Shown here in pieces: positions 47,331 to 56,482 of a stretch of 64,000 bases of DNA. Source of the stretch: an uncultured Alphaproteobacteria bacterium. GTDB lineage: Bacteria; Pseudomonadota; Alphaproteobacteria; Rhizobiales; Afifellaceae. The notes under the pieces are model-generated. The model worked only from the letters and a program-made list of their open reading frames with translations. It was not told where the DNA came from and made no database searches. Within the stretch, counting starts at the first letter, position 1. Every line of letters starts with the position of its first letter. The stretch lies in contig CAWFEM010000008.1 of the NCBI GenBank assembly GCA_963814905.1, forward strand, positions 141,282 to 205,281, written 5' to 3'. The position numbers and the translations under genes are program-made.

Positions 47331-48590
47331 TCAGCCGGAATATTCCATGATGTAGAGGCCTGCGCCGCTCCAGTCGGTCACGTAGCAAAGTCCGTTCCGG
47401 TCGACGAAGACGTCGGCGGAATGGAGCACGATCGGGCGGTTCGGGCGCGGATCGACCAGCTTCTTCGGCGCCGGCGGGACGCAGGCTCCGACCTCGATCG
47501 GGCGGAGCGGGTCGCTGATATCGTGGACGCGCAGGCCGGCATTCTGCCAGGTCGAGAAGATCAGCGTCTCGCTTTGCAAGCCTTCCGGCCGGTTCTCATA
47601 GATGTTGTGCGGGCCGAAATGGCCGCCGACCGCGATATAGTCGCGATCCTCGGGCGGCGGCAGGATCGAGATCGAGATCGGGTTCGCCTTTACCTGGTTG
47701 TCGAAGACCCAGATCGGCTTGAACCCGTCCTCTCCGCCATCGAGCACGGCTTCGTCGAGCACGATCAGCAGATTGCGCTTCGGCAACGGCAGGCAATTGT
47801 GCGTGCCCCCGCCGAAGGGCGGCGACCAGTTCTTATGCACGATGAGCTTCGGCTTCGCCTTGTCTTTCACGTCGACCACCGCGAGGCATCCGTCGCGCCA
47901 GGCGCAATAGGCGACGTCGTCATGCACGACCGCGTGATGGAGCCCGTAGCGTCCGCGCTTTAGCGGCCAGTCCGCCACCTCGTCGCGCGCCACGTTCATG
48001 CCGGGCAGCCAGTATTTCCCGACAATTCGCGGTTTCGTTGGATCCTGCATGTCGATGGTGACGAGGATGTAGTCGCTGAATCCGTCGAGCATGGCGGAGG
48101 CGTAGGCCCAGCGTCCGCCCGTGTACCAGATGCGGTGCAGCCCCGTTCCCTTGACCGGCATGAAGCCGATGCGGCGCGGCTCGGCCGGCTTGGAGATGTC
48201 GTAGACCGCCATCCCGGCCGACCAGTCGCGCCTCTTCTTCTCAGCGGCGTGGCCGTGCGTGCCGGCCTTCGGTTTGTAGTAGTTCCGTTCGTCCGCCATC
48301 TCCGTCTGCGCGAACATGTCATGCGCGTGGATCAGGAGGAGCAGGTCGCCGTGGACCTGCAGGTGCAGGCTCCACGTGTTGGGCGGGTTCTCCACATAGT
48401 TGACCGTTTTTGGCTTCGTCGGATCGCGCACGTCGACGACGCTGAAGCCACGCGAGCAGACATGCCCGATATAGGCATGGCCGCGATGCACCATGATCTG
48501 CTGGCCGTCGCCCCGCCCGTTCTGGTCGGTGTGGCCGACGATGCGCATGTTCTGCGCGTAAGACGGCTTCGGGAAATCGGGGCGGGGCAT
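47331..48590 (-). CDS. LVIVD-repeat beta-propeller protein, paralogue 1 (function unknown; no signal peptide)
   Basis: 419 aa. It has repeated hydrophobic-VxDVxDPxxPxxVG units: GFSVVDVRDPTKPKTV, GMAVYDISKPAEPRRIG, ILVTIDMQDPTKPRIVG, CLAVVDVKDKAKPKLI and GLRVHDISDPLRPIEVG. Long blocks are identical to 48790..50037 and 50165..51418. Confidence 0.8.
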   Translation of the reverse strand: MPRPDFPKPSYAQNMRIVGHTDQNGRGDGQQIMVHRGHAYIGHVCSRGFSVVDVRDPTKPKTVNYVENPPNTWSLHLQVHGDLLLLIHAHDMFAQTEMADERNYYKPKAGTHGHAAEKKRRDWSAGMAVYDISKPAEPRRIGFMPVKGTGLHRIWYTGGRWAYASAMLDGFSDYILVTIDMQDPTKPRIVGKYWLPGMNVARDEVADWPLKRGRYGLHHAVVHDDVAYCAWRDGCLAVVDVKDKAKPKLIVHKNWSPPFGGGTHNCLPLPKRNLLIVLDEAVLDGGEDGFKPIWVFDNQVKANPISISILPPPEDRDYIAVGGHFGPHNIYENRPEGLQSETLIFSTWQNAGLRVHDISDPLRPIEVGACVPPAPKKLVDPRPNRPIVLHSADVFVDRNGLCYVTDWSGAGLYIMEYSG

Positions 48591-48639
48591 CTTTCGTTCC
48601 TAGTCTCGCATGCGGTTCGGGAAGACGTGCATGAGCGCC

Positions 48640-48770
48640 TTGCGTCCTTCGAGGCCCGGCCCCTAGGTGCCGAGCGCCTCAGGATGAGGGGCGTTGGGGA
48701 TTGCAGCCCTCCCTGCCTCCCTCATGCTGAGGTGCGACCCCGGACTTAATCCGGGGGAGCCTCGAAGCAC
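48640..48770. repeat. Rhizobiales-type mosaic intergenic repeat between propeller paralogues 1 and 2
   Basis: Spurious translations ASFEARPLGAERLRMRG and LMLRCDPGLNPGEPRS match peptide patterns I recognise from REP-like elements. Hairpins are ccccgga-cttaa-tccgggg (48738-48756) and two cctca-N3-tgagg units. The element is related to the one at 26014-26036. Confidence 0.45.
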
Positions 48771-48789
48771 GCAGCGACGCTTCCGCCAC

Positions 48790-50037
48790 TCACCCCTTAT
48801 ATTCGACGATGTAGAGGCCTGCCGAGAAGTCGGTCACGTAGCAAAGCGCGTTCTTGTCGACGAAGACGTCGGCGGAATGCAGCACGATCGGACGGTTCGG
48901 CCGCGGATCGACCCACTTCTTGGGCGGCGGCGGAACGAAGGCGGCGATCTCTTTCGGCCGGAACTGGTCCTTGATGTCGTAAACCCGGAGACCGGCGTTC
49001 TGGTAGGTCGCGAAGATCGTCTCCGAGCTCTGGAAGCTTCCCGGCCGGTTCTCATGCACGTTATGCGGCCCGAAGTGCCCGCCGACCTTCAGGTAGTTCT
49101 TGTCTGAGGGCGCGGGGAAGGTGGAGATCGAGATCGGATTCGACTTCACCTGGTTGTCGAAGACCCAGATCGGCTTGAAGCCGTCCTCCTGGTTGTCGAG
49201 CACGGTCTCGTCGACCACGACCAGAAGATCGCGGTCGGGGAGGGGAAGGGCGTTGTGCGTGCCCCCACCGAAGGGCGGCGCCCACGTCTTGTGGACGATC
49301 AGCTTCGGCTTGGACTTGTTCTTGACGTCGACCACGGCGAGGCAGGCGTCGCGCCACGAGCAATAGGCGACGTCGTCGTGGATGATGGCGTGGTGCAGGC
49401 CGAAGCGTCCGTTCGGGGTCGGCCAGTTCGCCTTCTCTCCCGCCGCCGTGTTCATGCCGGGCAGCCAATATTTTCCCGCCAGCTTCGGCTTCTTCGGATC
49501 CTTCAGGTCGATGGTGATCAGGATGTAGTCGGAGAAGCCGTCGAGGAGCGCTGAGGCGTAGGCCCAGCGCCCGCCCACATACCAGAGGCGATGGAGCCCG
49601 GTTCCTTCCACCGGCATGAAGCCGATCTGTTTCGGGTCGCCGGGCTTGGAGATGTCGTAGACGGCCATGCCCGCCGACCAGTCGCGCTTCGCCGATTTCG
49701 GCTCGGCGTGATGCGCCACCTTGCCCTTGTAATACGCCTTCTCGTCGGCGAGCTCGGGCTGCGCGAACATGTCCTTGTTGTGGATGACGAGGAGAAGGTC
49801 GTCATGCGCCTGCAGGTGCAGCGTCCAGGTGTTCGGCGGTGCGGCGACATGTTTCACGGTCTTCGGGTTCTTCGGGTCGCGCACGTCGACGACCGAAAAG
49901 CCCTTGGAGAAGATGTGCCCGATATAGGCGAAGCCGCGGTGCACCATGATCTGCACGCCGTCGCAGCGGCCGTCCTGGTCGCTGTAGCCGACGAGTTTCA
50001 TGTTCTTGGTTGCGTAGTCGGGTTTGGGAAGCGCCAT
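48790..50037 (-). CDS. LVIVD-repeat beta-propeller protein, paralogue 2
   Basis: Trimmed to ATG 50037, with GGAG upstream, giving 415 aa. It is colinear with paralogues 1 and 3. Identical blocks include GFSVVDVRDP, DWSAGMAVYDISKP, GGRWAYASA, GFSDYI, KPIWVFDNQVK and VDPRPNRPIVLHSADVFVD. Confidence 0.8.
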   Translation of the reverse strand: MALPKPDYATKNMKLVGYSDQDGRCDGVQIMVHRGFAYIGHIFSKGFSVVDVRDPKNPKTVKHVAAPPNTWTLHLQAHDDLLLVIHNKDMFAQPELADEKAYYKGKVAHHAEPKSAKRDWSAGMAVYDISKPGDPKQIGFMPVEGTGLHRLWYVGGRWAYASALLDGFSDYILITIDLKDPKKPKLAGKYWLPGMNTAAGEKANWPTPNGRFGLHHAIIHDDVAYCSWRDACLAVVDVKNKSKPKLIVHKTWAPPFGGGTHNALPLPDRDLLVVVDETVLDNQEDGFKPIWVFDNQVKSNPISISTFPAPSDKNYLKVGGHFGPHNVHENRPGSFQSSETIFATYQNAGLRVYDIKDQFRPKEIAAFVPPPPKKWVDPRPNRPIVLHSADVFVDKNALCYVTDFSAGLYIVEYKG

Positions 50038-50164
50038 GGCGATCGTCTCCTCGGTCCGACGCCCCGCATTTGCGGCCGGCGCCTGCATCTTGGTCGGTGG
50101 TTATGTCAGGCCTGACGGCCTCGCCGCGCGCTCGATCGGCGTCGATCGGCGAGCGCGAAGCCGG

Positions 50165-51418
50165 TCAGCCCGAAAACTCGCAGATATAAAGCCCCACGCT
50201 GAAGTCGGTGAAATAGACGAGGCCGGCCTTGTCGACGAACACGTCCGCTGAGTGGAGCACCAGCGGCCGGTTCGGCCGGGGATCGACGAGCTTCGTCGGC
50301 GGCGCCGGGACGAACGCGCCGATCTCCTTCGGCTGGTAGGCGTTGTCGATGTCGAAGACGCGCACACCCGCGTTCTGATAGGTGGTGAAGATCGTGCGGT
50401 CGCTGACGAATGCGTCCGGCCGGTTCTCATAGACGTTGTGAGGGCCGTAATGGCCGCCGACCTCCAAATAGTCGGTGTCGGTGGCGAGCGGGAAGGTGGA
50501 GATCGAGACCGGATTCGTCGGCTCGCGATTGTCGAACACCCAGATCGGCTTCATCCCGTCCTCCATCTTGTCGAGGACGGCTTCGTCGAGGACGAGGAGC
50601 AGATCGCGCTCCGGAAGCGGCAGGCAATTATGCGTGCCGCCCTGGAACGGCGGCGACCAGCTCTTGTGGACGATCAGCTTCGGATCGCTGCGGTCCTTGA
50701 CGTCGACGACGACGAGGTTGGCGTCGCGCCAGGCGCAGTAGGCGGTGTCGCCATGGACGACGCCGTGGTGGCAGCCGTAGCGTCCGGTCTCCGTCGGCCA
50801 GTTCGTCTTCTCGCCGGCGGCCAGATTCATGCCCGGGAGCCAGAACCGTCCCGCCTCGCGCGGATTGGTCGGGTCCGACATGTCGATGGTGATGAAGATG
50901 TAGTCCGAAAAGCCCTCGATCAGGGCCGATGCGTAGGCCCAGCGCCCGCCCACGTACCAAAGGCGGTGAATGCCGCCGCCGTCGACCGGCATGAAGCCGA
51001 TCTGCTTCGGCGCGGCCGGCTTTGAGATGTCCCAGACGGCCATGCCCGCCGACCAGTTGCGCTCGCCCTTCGCCTCCGACTGCCCGTGGAAGTCGGTCTT
51101 GCCTTTGTAGTAGTTGCGCTCGTCGGCGAGTTCCGGCTGCGCCCACATGTTCTTGGCATGCACGACGAGGAGCAGGTCCTCATAGGCCTGGCAGTGCAGG
51201 TTCCAGGTATTGTCCGGGCAGGGGTAGTAGCCGAGCGGCTTCGGGTTCTTCGGATCGCGAACGTCGATGACGCTGAAGCCGTTGGAGAACAGGTGGCTGA
51301 CGTAAGCATGGCCCTTGTTGACCATCACCTGCACGGCATCCGGGCGGCCGCCCTGGTCGCTGTGGCCTATGGCGCGCATGTTGTGCGCATAAGCGGGTTT
51401 CGGAATATCGCCGGCCAT
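50165..51418 (-). CDS. LVIVD-repeat beta-propeller protein, paralogue 3
   Basis: 417 aa with AGGGGA upstream. It is colinear with the other two paralogues (GFSVIDVRDP, NWSAGMAVWDISKP, GGRWAYASAL, KPIWVFDN, VDPRPNRPLVLHSADVFVD). It starts 81 nt downstream of the SBP gene. Confidence 0.8.
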   Translation of the reverse strand: MAGDIPKPAYAHNMRAIGHSDQGGRPDAVQVMVNKGHAYVSHLFSNGFSVIDVRDPKNPKPLGYYPCPDNTWNLHCQAYEDLLLVVHAKNMWAQPELADERNYYKGKTDFHGQSEAKGERNWSAGMAVWDISKPAAPKQIGFMPVDGGGIHRLWYVGGRWAYASALIEGFSDYIFITIDMSDPTNPREAGRFWLPGMNLAAGEKTNWPTETGRYGCHHGVVHGDTAYCAWRDANLVVVDVKDRSDPKLIVHKSWSPPFQGGTHNCLPLPERDLLLVLDEAVLDKMEDGMKPIWVFDNREPTNPVSISTFPLATDTDYLEVGGHYGPHNVYENRPDAFVSDRTIFTTYQNAGVRVFDIDNAYQPKEIGAFVPAPPTKLVDPRPNRPLVLHSADVFVDKAGLVYFTDFSVGLYICEFSG

Positions 51419-51499
51419 CTTCGTCCCCTTATGTGGGAGACGGCGCGCGCGGCGCCGTCTCCTTTTCTCGTCGAGACTCTTTGATCTCTGCGTCCGGGC

Positions 51500-52618
51500 T
51501 TACTTGCCCCAGATTTTCTTGTACTCGTCGCGATAGCCGTTGCCGGGATCGAAGATGTTGTCCTTGCCACCGTCCGCGTCGATGTTGGCGCGGATGAAGA
51601 GGTGCGGCGGGGCGACGTAGCCGCTCGGAGCCTCGCCGGCGAACGCGCGGTTCAGCTCGTCGATCGTCTCCCAGCCATGCAGGTAGAGCGGCTCGGCGAC
51701 CGTGGCGACCTGGTACTGGCCGTCGCGGATGCGCTGGAACGCCGGAACGGAGCCGTCGCCGGCCGAGATATTACGCGGATATCCCTCGGCGGGGTCGATG
51801 CCGGCGCTCTGCAGCGACGGTGCGGCAAAGTCGTAGTAGAGGTCGTTGACCGCGACCGAATAGGTCCACTGGTCGCCGTATTTCGTGAGCAGCGACGTCG
51901 TGAGCTGGCCCATGCGGTTTTGCAGGTCGCCGATCGGCGTATCGACCGTCTCAAGCACCTTGCAGCCCGAGCAGCCTTCGACGGCCTTCGCGGTCGCGTC
52001 GCTCTTCGCGATCGCGATCGCGTAGATGGAGTCGGTGAAGATGATGACACCGGCCTTGCCGCCGGAATCCACCACCGCGTAGAGGCCCGACGCCTTGGCG
52101 ACCTCAAGCGGGTCGGTCGTGATGTTGGTGATCACGCCCGGCACGCCCTCGATCGGGCCAGGAGCGCCGCCGGAGTGCCATCCGACGACCTTGATGCCCT
52201 GCGCCACCGCCTGCTCGATCAGCGGCGCCTGTTCGCGTGCGTCGATGGTACCGAGGATGATGCCGTCGGGCTTCAGCGCGATCGCCTGCGTCAGGGCGGA
52301 AGCACGAGTGGACGGCTGCCCCTGCCCGTCGAGCAGGCGGAAGTCCCAACCAATCGCCTTCGCCGCTTCTTCCGCGCCGTCGCCGACGCCCTTGGCGCCG
52401 CCGTTGCGCTGATCGTCGGAGACGTAGATGACCAGCTTGTCGGGCTGTGCCTTGGGGCCGGTGGTCGGACCGGTCCATTCCGTCACCGGCGCGGTGACGG
52501 TGTCGATATAGGCTTTCGCCTCGTCCATGAAGGCATCTTGCGCGAAGCTCGTGCCTGCCGTGAGCGTGACGATCGCGGTGGAGACGAACAGTGCTTCACC
52601 GATGGTTCTCAATCTCAT
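51500..52618 (-). CDS. Periplasmic sugar-binding protein (type I PBP, CUT2-like)
   Basis: The 666-aa track ORF was trimmed to ATG 52618, preceded by GGGAGAAATAAG. It has a signal peptide MRLRTIGEALFVSTAIVTLTAGTSFAQ and is 372 aa. PBP blocks are LVIYVSDDQRNGG and IKVVGWHSG. Confidence 0.85.
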   Translation of the reverse strand: MRLRTIGEALFVSTAIVTLTAGTSFAQDAFMDEAKAYIDTVTAPVTEWTGPTTGPKAQPDKLVIYVSDDQRNGGAKGVGDGAEEAAKAIGWDFRLLDGQGQPSTRASALTQAIALKPDGIILGTIDAREQAPLIEQAVAQGIKVVGWHSGGAPGPIEGVPGVITNITTDPLEVAKASGLYAVVDSGGKAGVIIFTDSIYAIAIAKSDATAKAVEGCSGCKVLETVDTPIGDLQNRMGQLTTSLLTKYGDQWTYSVAVNDLYYDFAAPSLQSAGIDPAEGYPRNISAGDGSVPAFQRIRDGQYQVATVAEPLYLHGWETIDELNRAFAGEAPSGYVAPPHLFIRANIDADGGKDNIFDPGNGYRDEYKKIWGK

Positions 52619-52674
52619 CTTATTTCTCCCTTCTGGCGCTCGACGGGTCGAATCCCGCCGATGCACGGCCGGCT

Positions 52675-53784
52675 TTATGCTCTGCCGGCCTTCTCTTCGC
52701 GGGCGGCCGCCGCGGCGACGCTGCCCGGATCTTCTTCCGGTGTGACAGTTATCCTTGTCGGTGCCGCCCGCACCGCCGCACGGCGGCGCTGGGCGAAGCC
52801 CGCAAGCGCGATCGAGACGACGAGGGTCGTCCCGTTGAACAGCGGCTCCACGAAGAAGGCGCCGCCGAGCTGCTGAATCCCCGAAATGCCGACGGCGAGG
52901 ATCGCCACGCCGAAGATTGTTCCCCAGACGTTGACCCGGCCGGGCTTGATCGTCGTCGATCCGAGAAAGGCGCCGACCAGCGCGGGCAGAAGATAGTCGA
53001 GCCCGACATTCGCCTGCCCGATCCTGAGCTTCGCGGCGAGCACGCAGCCGGCGAAGCCCGCGATCAGCGCGGAGCCGACGAAGACGCCGATAATGTAGTA
53101 GCGAACCGGAATGCCGTTCAGCGCGGCCGCCTTCTCGTTGGCGCCTATCGCATAGACGTGCCGCCCGAGCGGCAATCGCTCGCTCATGATCCACAGCGCT
53201 ATGGCCAGCGCGAGGACGTAGAGGGCGGGGATCGGAATGCCGAGGACGGAGGTCGTGTTGATCGCGATGAAGCTGGGCGAAAGCGAGCCGACGAGCTGGC
53301 GCCCGTCGGTGAACCACAGCGCCAGGGCGTAAAGCACGGTGCCGGTCCCAAGCGTGGCGATGAACGAGTCGATCTGCGCCACCTCCACAAGGAGGCCGTT
53401 GAAGAGGCCGACAAGCGCGGCGCACACAAGCACGGCCAGGATCGCAAGTGGCCACGGCACGCCGTATTTGACCTGCAGACCGATCGCCAGGATGTGCCAC
53501 ATCACGATGCCGAAGCCGACATTGAGGTCGATGCGGCCTGCCATCATCGGAACGGTCGCCGCCAGCGAGAGGAGGGCAATGATCGCCTTGTCGGCGAGGA
53601 TCGAGCGGAAGTTCAGGTAGGTCGGAAAGGTCCTGGGCAGGAGCAGCGAGAAGAAGATGATGAGCAGGACCGTCAGGATCGGCAGGCCGTAGACCGGAAT
53701 CAGCCGCAGGATCTGGCGGCCCCGAGAGAGGCTGGCCAGCTCCGAGCGCGTCGGCTCGAGCGCGTTGGACCTAATGGACGGCAT
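52675..53784 (-). CDS. CUT2-family ABC transporter permease
   Basis: Trimmed to ATG 53784, giving 369 aa. It is polytopic with the family blocks ..MAGRIDLNVGFGI.. and ..GSTTIKPGRVNVWGT... It overlaps the ATPase 3' end by 14 nt. Confidence 0.85.
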   Translation of the reverse strand: MPSIRSNALEPTRSELASLSRGRQILRLIPVYGLPILTVLLIIFFSLLLPRTFPTYLNFRSILADKAIIALLSLAATVPMMAGRIDLNVGFGIVMWHILAIGLQVKYGVPWPLAILAVLVCAALVGLFNGLLVEVAQIDSFIATLGTGTVLYALALWFTDGRQLVGSLSPSFIAINTTSVLGIPIPALYVLALAIALWIMSERLPLGRHVYAIGANEKAAALNGIPVRYYIIGVFVGSALIAGFAGCVLAAKLRIGQANVGLDYLLPALVGAFLGSTTIKPGRVNVWGTIFGVAILAVGISGIQQLGGAFFVEPLFNGTTLVVSIALAGFAQRRRAAVRAAPTRITVTPEEDPGSVAAAAAREEKAGRA

Positions 53785-55426
53785 TGCGGCCACCGCCGGC
53801 TTCGTGGGGATTCGCGTAGACGCCCATTCGCCCCACGCGAGCGGAGGCCGCCGCGAGCAGGTTCTCCACCGACAGATCGTGGGCACCGAGCTCCGCAACG
53901 ACGCGGCCGCGGTCGAAGACCAGCGCGCGATGGCAGACCTTGGCGACTTCCTCGAAATCCGTCGAGACGATGATGATCGCCGCGCCTGCCTGCAGAGCGA
54001 CGTCGAAGAGCCGATAGATCTCGGCCTTGGCGCCGACGTCGACGCCCGCCGTCGGATCCTCGAAGATGTAGACCTTGCTCGCTAGGTGAAGCCAGCGTCC
54101 CACGACCACCTTCTGCTGGTTGCCGCCGGAGAGGAGTTCGATGGCGAGGTTCGGATCGTTCGGCCGCAGCCCGACCTTGCGGCCTAGATCCAGGGCCGCG
54201 TGGTTCTCGCGGCGCGGCGGCAGGAAGGAGAAGAGGCCGAGCCCTGCGGCCAGCGGATTGAGGAACAGGTTCTCCCTGACGCTCAGATTGGGCATCACGG
54301 ATTCGCCGACCCGGTCGGCGCCGACCATGTTGATGCCGCACGCCATCGCCTGTCCCGGGGAGTCGACGTCCAACGCATCACCGTCGAGCATCGCACTGCC
54401 CGATGTTATCGGGAAAAGCCCGAAGAGGGCGCGGCCGATGCACTCCTGTCCGGCGCCGCGCAGGCCGACGAACCCGACGACTTCGCCGGCATGCAGCGAG
54501 CAGTCGACCGGACCGACGTCCTCTGTGATCATCGCCTTCAAGACGAGGCGCGCCATCCCCTCGCGGTGCGCCGGGCGGCGGAACACTTGCGACGGCTCGC
54601 GCCCGACGATCAGCAGGATCGTCTCCTCCGGTGTCGTCTCCGACAGACGGCGCTCGCCGGCGACGCGGCCGTCGCGCAGCACGACCATGCGGTCGGCGAT
54701 CTCGAATACTTCGTCAAGCCGGTGCGAGACGTAGATCATCCCGACACCGCGATCGCGCAGTCTGCGAAGCGCGGAGAAGAGCCGCACCACCTCGTCGGCG
54801 GGGAGACTCGCGGTCGGCTCGTCGAGCACCAGAATCTCCGCCTCGGCGGCCAAAGCGCGTGCGATCGCGACGAGCGATTTCTCGGTCCGGGTGAGGCTCT
54901 CGATGCGCACGTCCGGATCGATGTCGGCGCCGAGGATCTCAAGCGCCGCCGCCGCGCGTTCGCGGGCCGCGCGCCAGTTCACCATGCCGATCCGCCGCGG
55001 ATAGCCGAGCGTGAGGCAGATATTCTCGGCGACCGTCATCCAATCGATCAGCCCGAGGTCCTGATGGATGAAGGAGATCGGCAGACGGCGGAGCATATGC
55101 GCGGCATCGCGGCCGCGATATTTAACCGCGCCGTCGTCGAGCGTGTAGACGTTTGCAAGGATCTTGATGAGCGTGGATTTGCCGGCGCCGTTCTCACCCA
55201 GGAGAGCGACGATCTCGCCGGCGCCGACCTGTAGGCCGACCTGGTCGAGCGCCCGCGTCCCGCCGAACTGCTTGGAGATGTCGTGCATCACCAGAAGCGG
55301 CTCGCCGCGGTTCGCGGCCGCGCCGGCGTCGCTGCTTACGCTGGTTGACCCAACGGGCCGCCCTTCGCCATCCACCCGGCTCACTCCTCCCGTCCCCGGT
55401 TCGCCTAGTCGACCGAAGCCCCGCAT
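53771..55426 (-). CDS. CUT2-family ABC transporter ATP-binding protein (duplicated ATPase)
   Basis: Walker A GENGAGKSTL, Walker B ILVLDEPTA, a second signature LSGGNQQKVVVGRW and a second Walker B IFEDPTAGVDV are present. The start is uncertain: ATG 55426 has no SD, while the in-frame GTG at 55375 follows GGGAGGA. Confidence 0.9.
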   Translation of the reverse strand: MRGFGRLGEPGTGGVSRVDGEGRPVGSTSVSSDAGAAANRGEPLLVMHDISKQFGGTRALDQVGLQVGAGEIVALLGENGAGKSTLIKILANVYTLDDGAVKYRGRDAAHMLRRLPISFIHQDLGLIDWMTVAENICLTLGYPRRIGMVNWRAARERAAAALEILGADIDPDVRIESLTRTEKSLVAIARALAAEAEILVLDEPTASLPADEVVRLFSALRRLRDRGVGMIYVSHRLDEVFEIADRMVVLRDGRVAGERRLSETTPEETILLIVGREPSQVFRRPAHREGMARLVLKAMITEDVGPVDCSLHAGEVVGFVGLRGAGQECIGRALFGLFPITSGSAMLDGDALDVDSPGQAMACGINMVGADRVGESVMPNLSVRENLFLNPLAAGLGLFSFLPPRRENHAALDLGRKVGLRPNDPNLAIELLSGGNQQKVVVGRWLHLASKVYIFEDPTAGVDVGAKAEIYRLFDVALQAGAAIIIVSTDFEEVAKVCHRALVFDRGRVVAELGAHDLSVENLLAAASARVGRMGVYANPHEAGGGRNAVH

Positions 55427-55483
55427 ACGCAGTCAGGCTTGGGTTCTGAACCCCAGCAACATCCGCTGAAGATGACAGAGGCG

Positions 55484-55500
55484 TCTGCGTCTCACGCAGA
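55484..55500. promoter_or_regulatory. Candidate GntR-family operator palindrome
   Basis: TCTGCGT-CTC-ACGCAGA is a perfect 7-bp inverted repeat. Its central GT-N3-AC fits the generic GntR/FadR operator pattern. It lies in the divergent region between the ABC operon and the GntR gene. Confidence 0.35.
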
Positions 55501-55674
55501 GCCAGGCAAATTCCGAGTCTAATTCACGGCGACAGTCGTCGCTTCACACTAGATTTAACGTAAGGAAATCAGTAAAGGTGTCAATCTGATTTTTGGGCGA
55601 TGTCGCTGAGATTCCCGCCGCGGTGCGGGGCCAGCGGCGGTTTCTCGCTAAAGGCGCGCAAGCGAAGGAGCGGT

Positions 55675-56469
55675 ATGCCACCACAATCTGTCAGACAACT
55701 TTTCCGAGAGGACCTGACAAGCGATTGGGACGCGCTGCCGCCGGGCGCACGCCTCGGTGACCGGCTCTGCCAGCGAATGGTCACTTTGATCGAACGTGGC
55801 GAGTTCAGCGAGGGCGGACGGCTTCCGGCGGAGAGCGAGCTCGCCTTGCGCTTCGGGGTGTCGCGCCCGGTGATCCGGGAAGCGTTGTCGCGCCTGCGAA
55901 TGATGGGGGTCATCATTTCGCGCAAGGGGTCGGGAAGCTACGTGCAGAAGCGCGCCAGCCCGCCCTCGGACGTGCCGGCGATCGGGTTCGGTCCGGTCAG
56001 CAGCCTGGCGCAGGTGCGTAAGTGTTACGAGTTTCGGATGAGCTTCGAGGGCGATGCGGCGTATTACGCGGCGCAGAACCGCACCGCCGAAACGCTGCTT
56101 CCCATGAAGGACGCGCTCGATCGGATGGCGCGCGCGGTCAACGAAGGCGCGCTCGGCATGAGCGCCGACCTGGAATTCCATTTCGCCGTTGCCCGCGCGT
56201 CCGGGAACGAGTTCTTCGAGGCGGTGATGGAGGCGATGCGGACGCCTTTGGAGTTCGCCGTCAATCTCGCGCGCAGCCTGACGCTGACGCGGCCGCTCGA
56301 GCACCTGCTGACGGTGCAGGCTGAACACGTCGCCATGTTCGACGCGATCGAAGCCGGGGACAGGGAGGCCGCTCGTCTCGCGATGCGAACGCACATCGGG
56401 AATGCGTGCGAGCGGGTCTTCGAGGGGCCGGGCAAAGGCCAGGGCGAACCGGAGGCCGACGCAAAATGA
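55675..56469 (+). CDS. GntR family transcriptional regulator (FadR subfamily, FCD domain)
   Basis: Trimmed to ATG 55675, preceded by GAAGGAG. The HTH is LPAESELALRFGVSRPVIREALSRLRMMGVIISRKGSGSYV. The C-terminal all-helical FCD-like domain contains ..DLEFHFAVARASGNEFF... Confidence 0.9.
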   Translation: MPPQSVRQLFREDLTSDWDALPPGARLGDRLCQRMVTLIERGEFSEGGRLPAESELALRFGVSRPVIREALSRLRMMGVIISRKGSGSYVQKRASPPSDVPAIGFGPVSSLAQVRKCYEFRMSFEGDAAYYAAQNRTAETLLPMKDALDRMARAVNEGALGMSADLEFHFAVARASGNEFFEAVMEAMRTPLEFAVNLARSLTLTRPLEHLLTVQAEHVAMFDAIEAGDREAARLAMRTHIGNACERVFEGPGKGQGEPEADAK

Positions 56470-56482
56470 GCGTCCGAAACGC

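Noticed and set aside
50038-50164. Imperfect hairpin gcgctcgatcg-gcgt-cgatcggcgagcgc between propeller paralogues 2 and 3, considered as a terminator.
   Set aside because: The stem is bulged and no U-tract follows on the coding (minus) strand. It is more likely a minor intercistronic structure and was not annotated.
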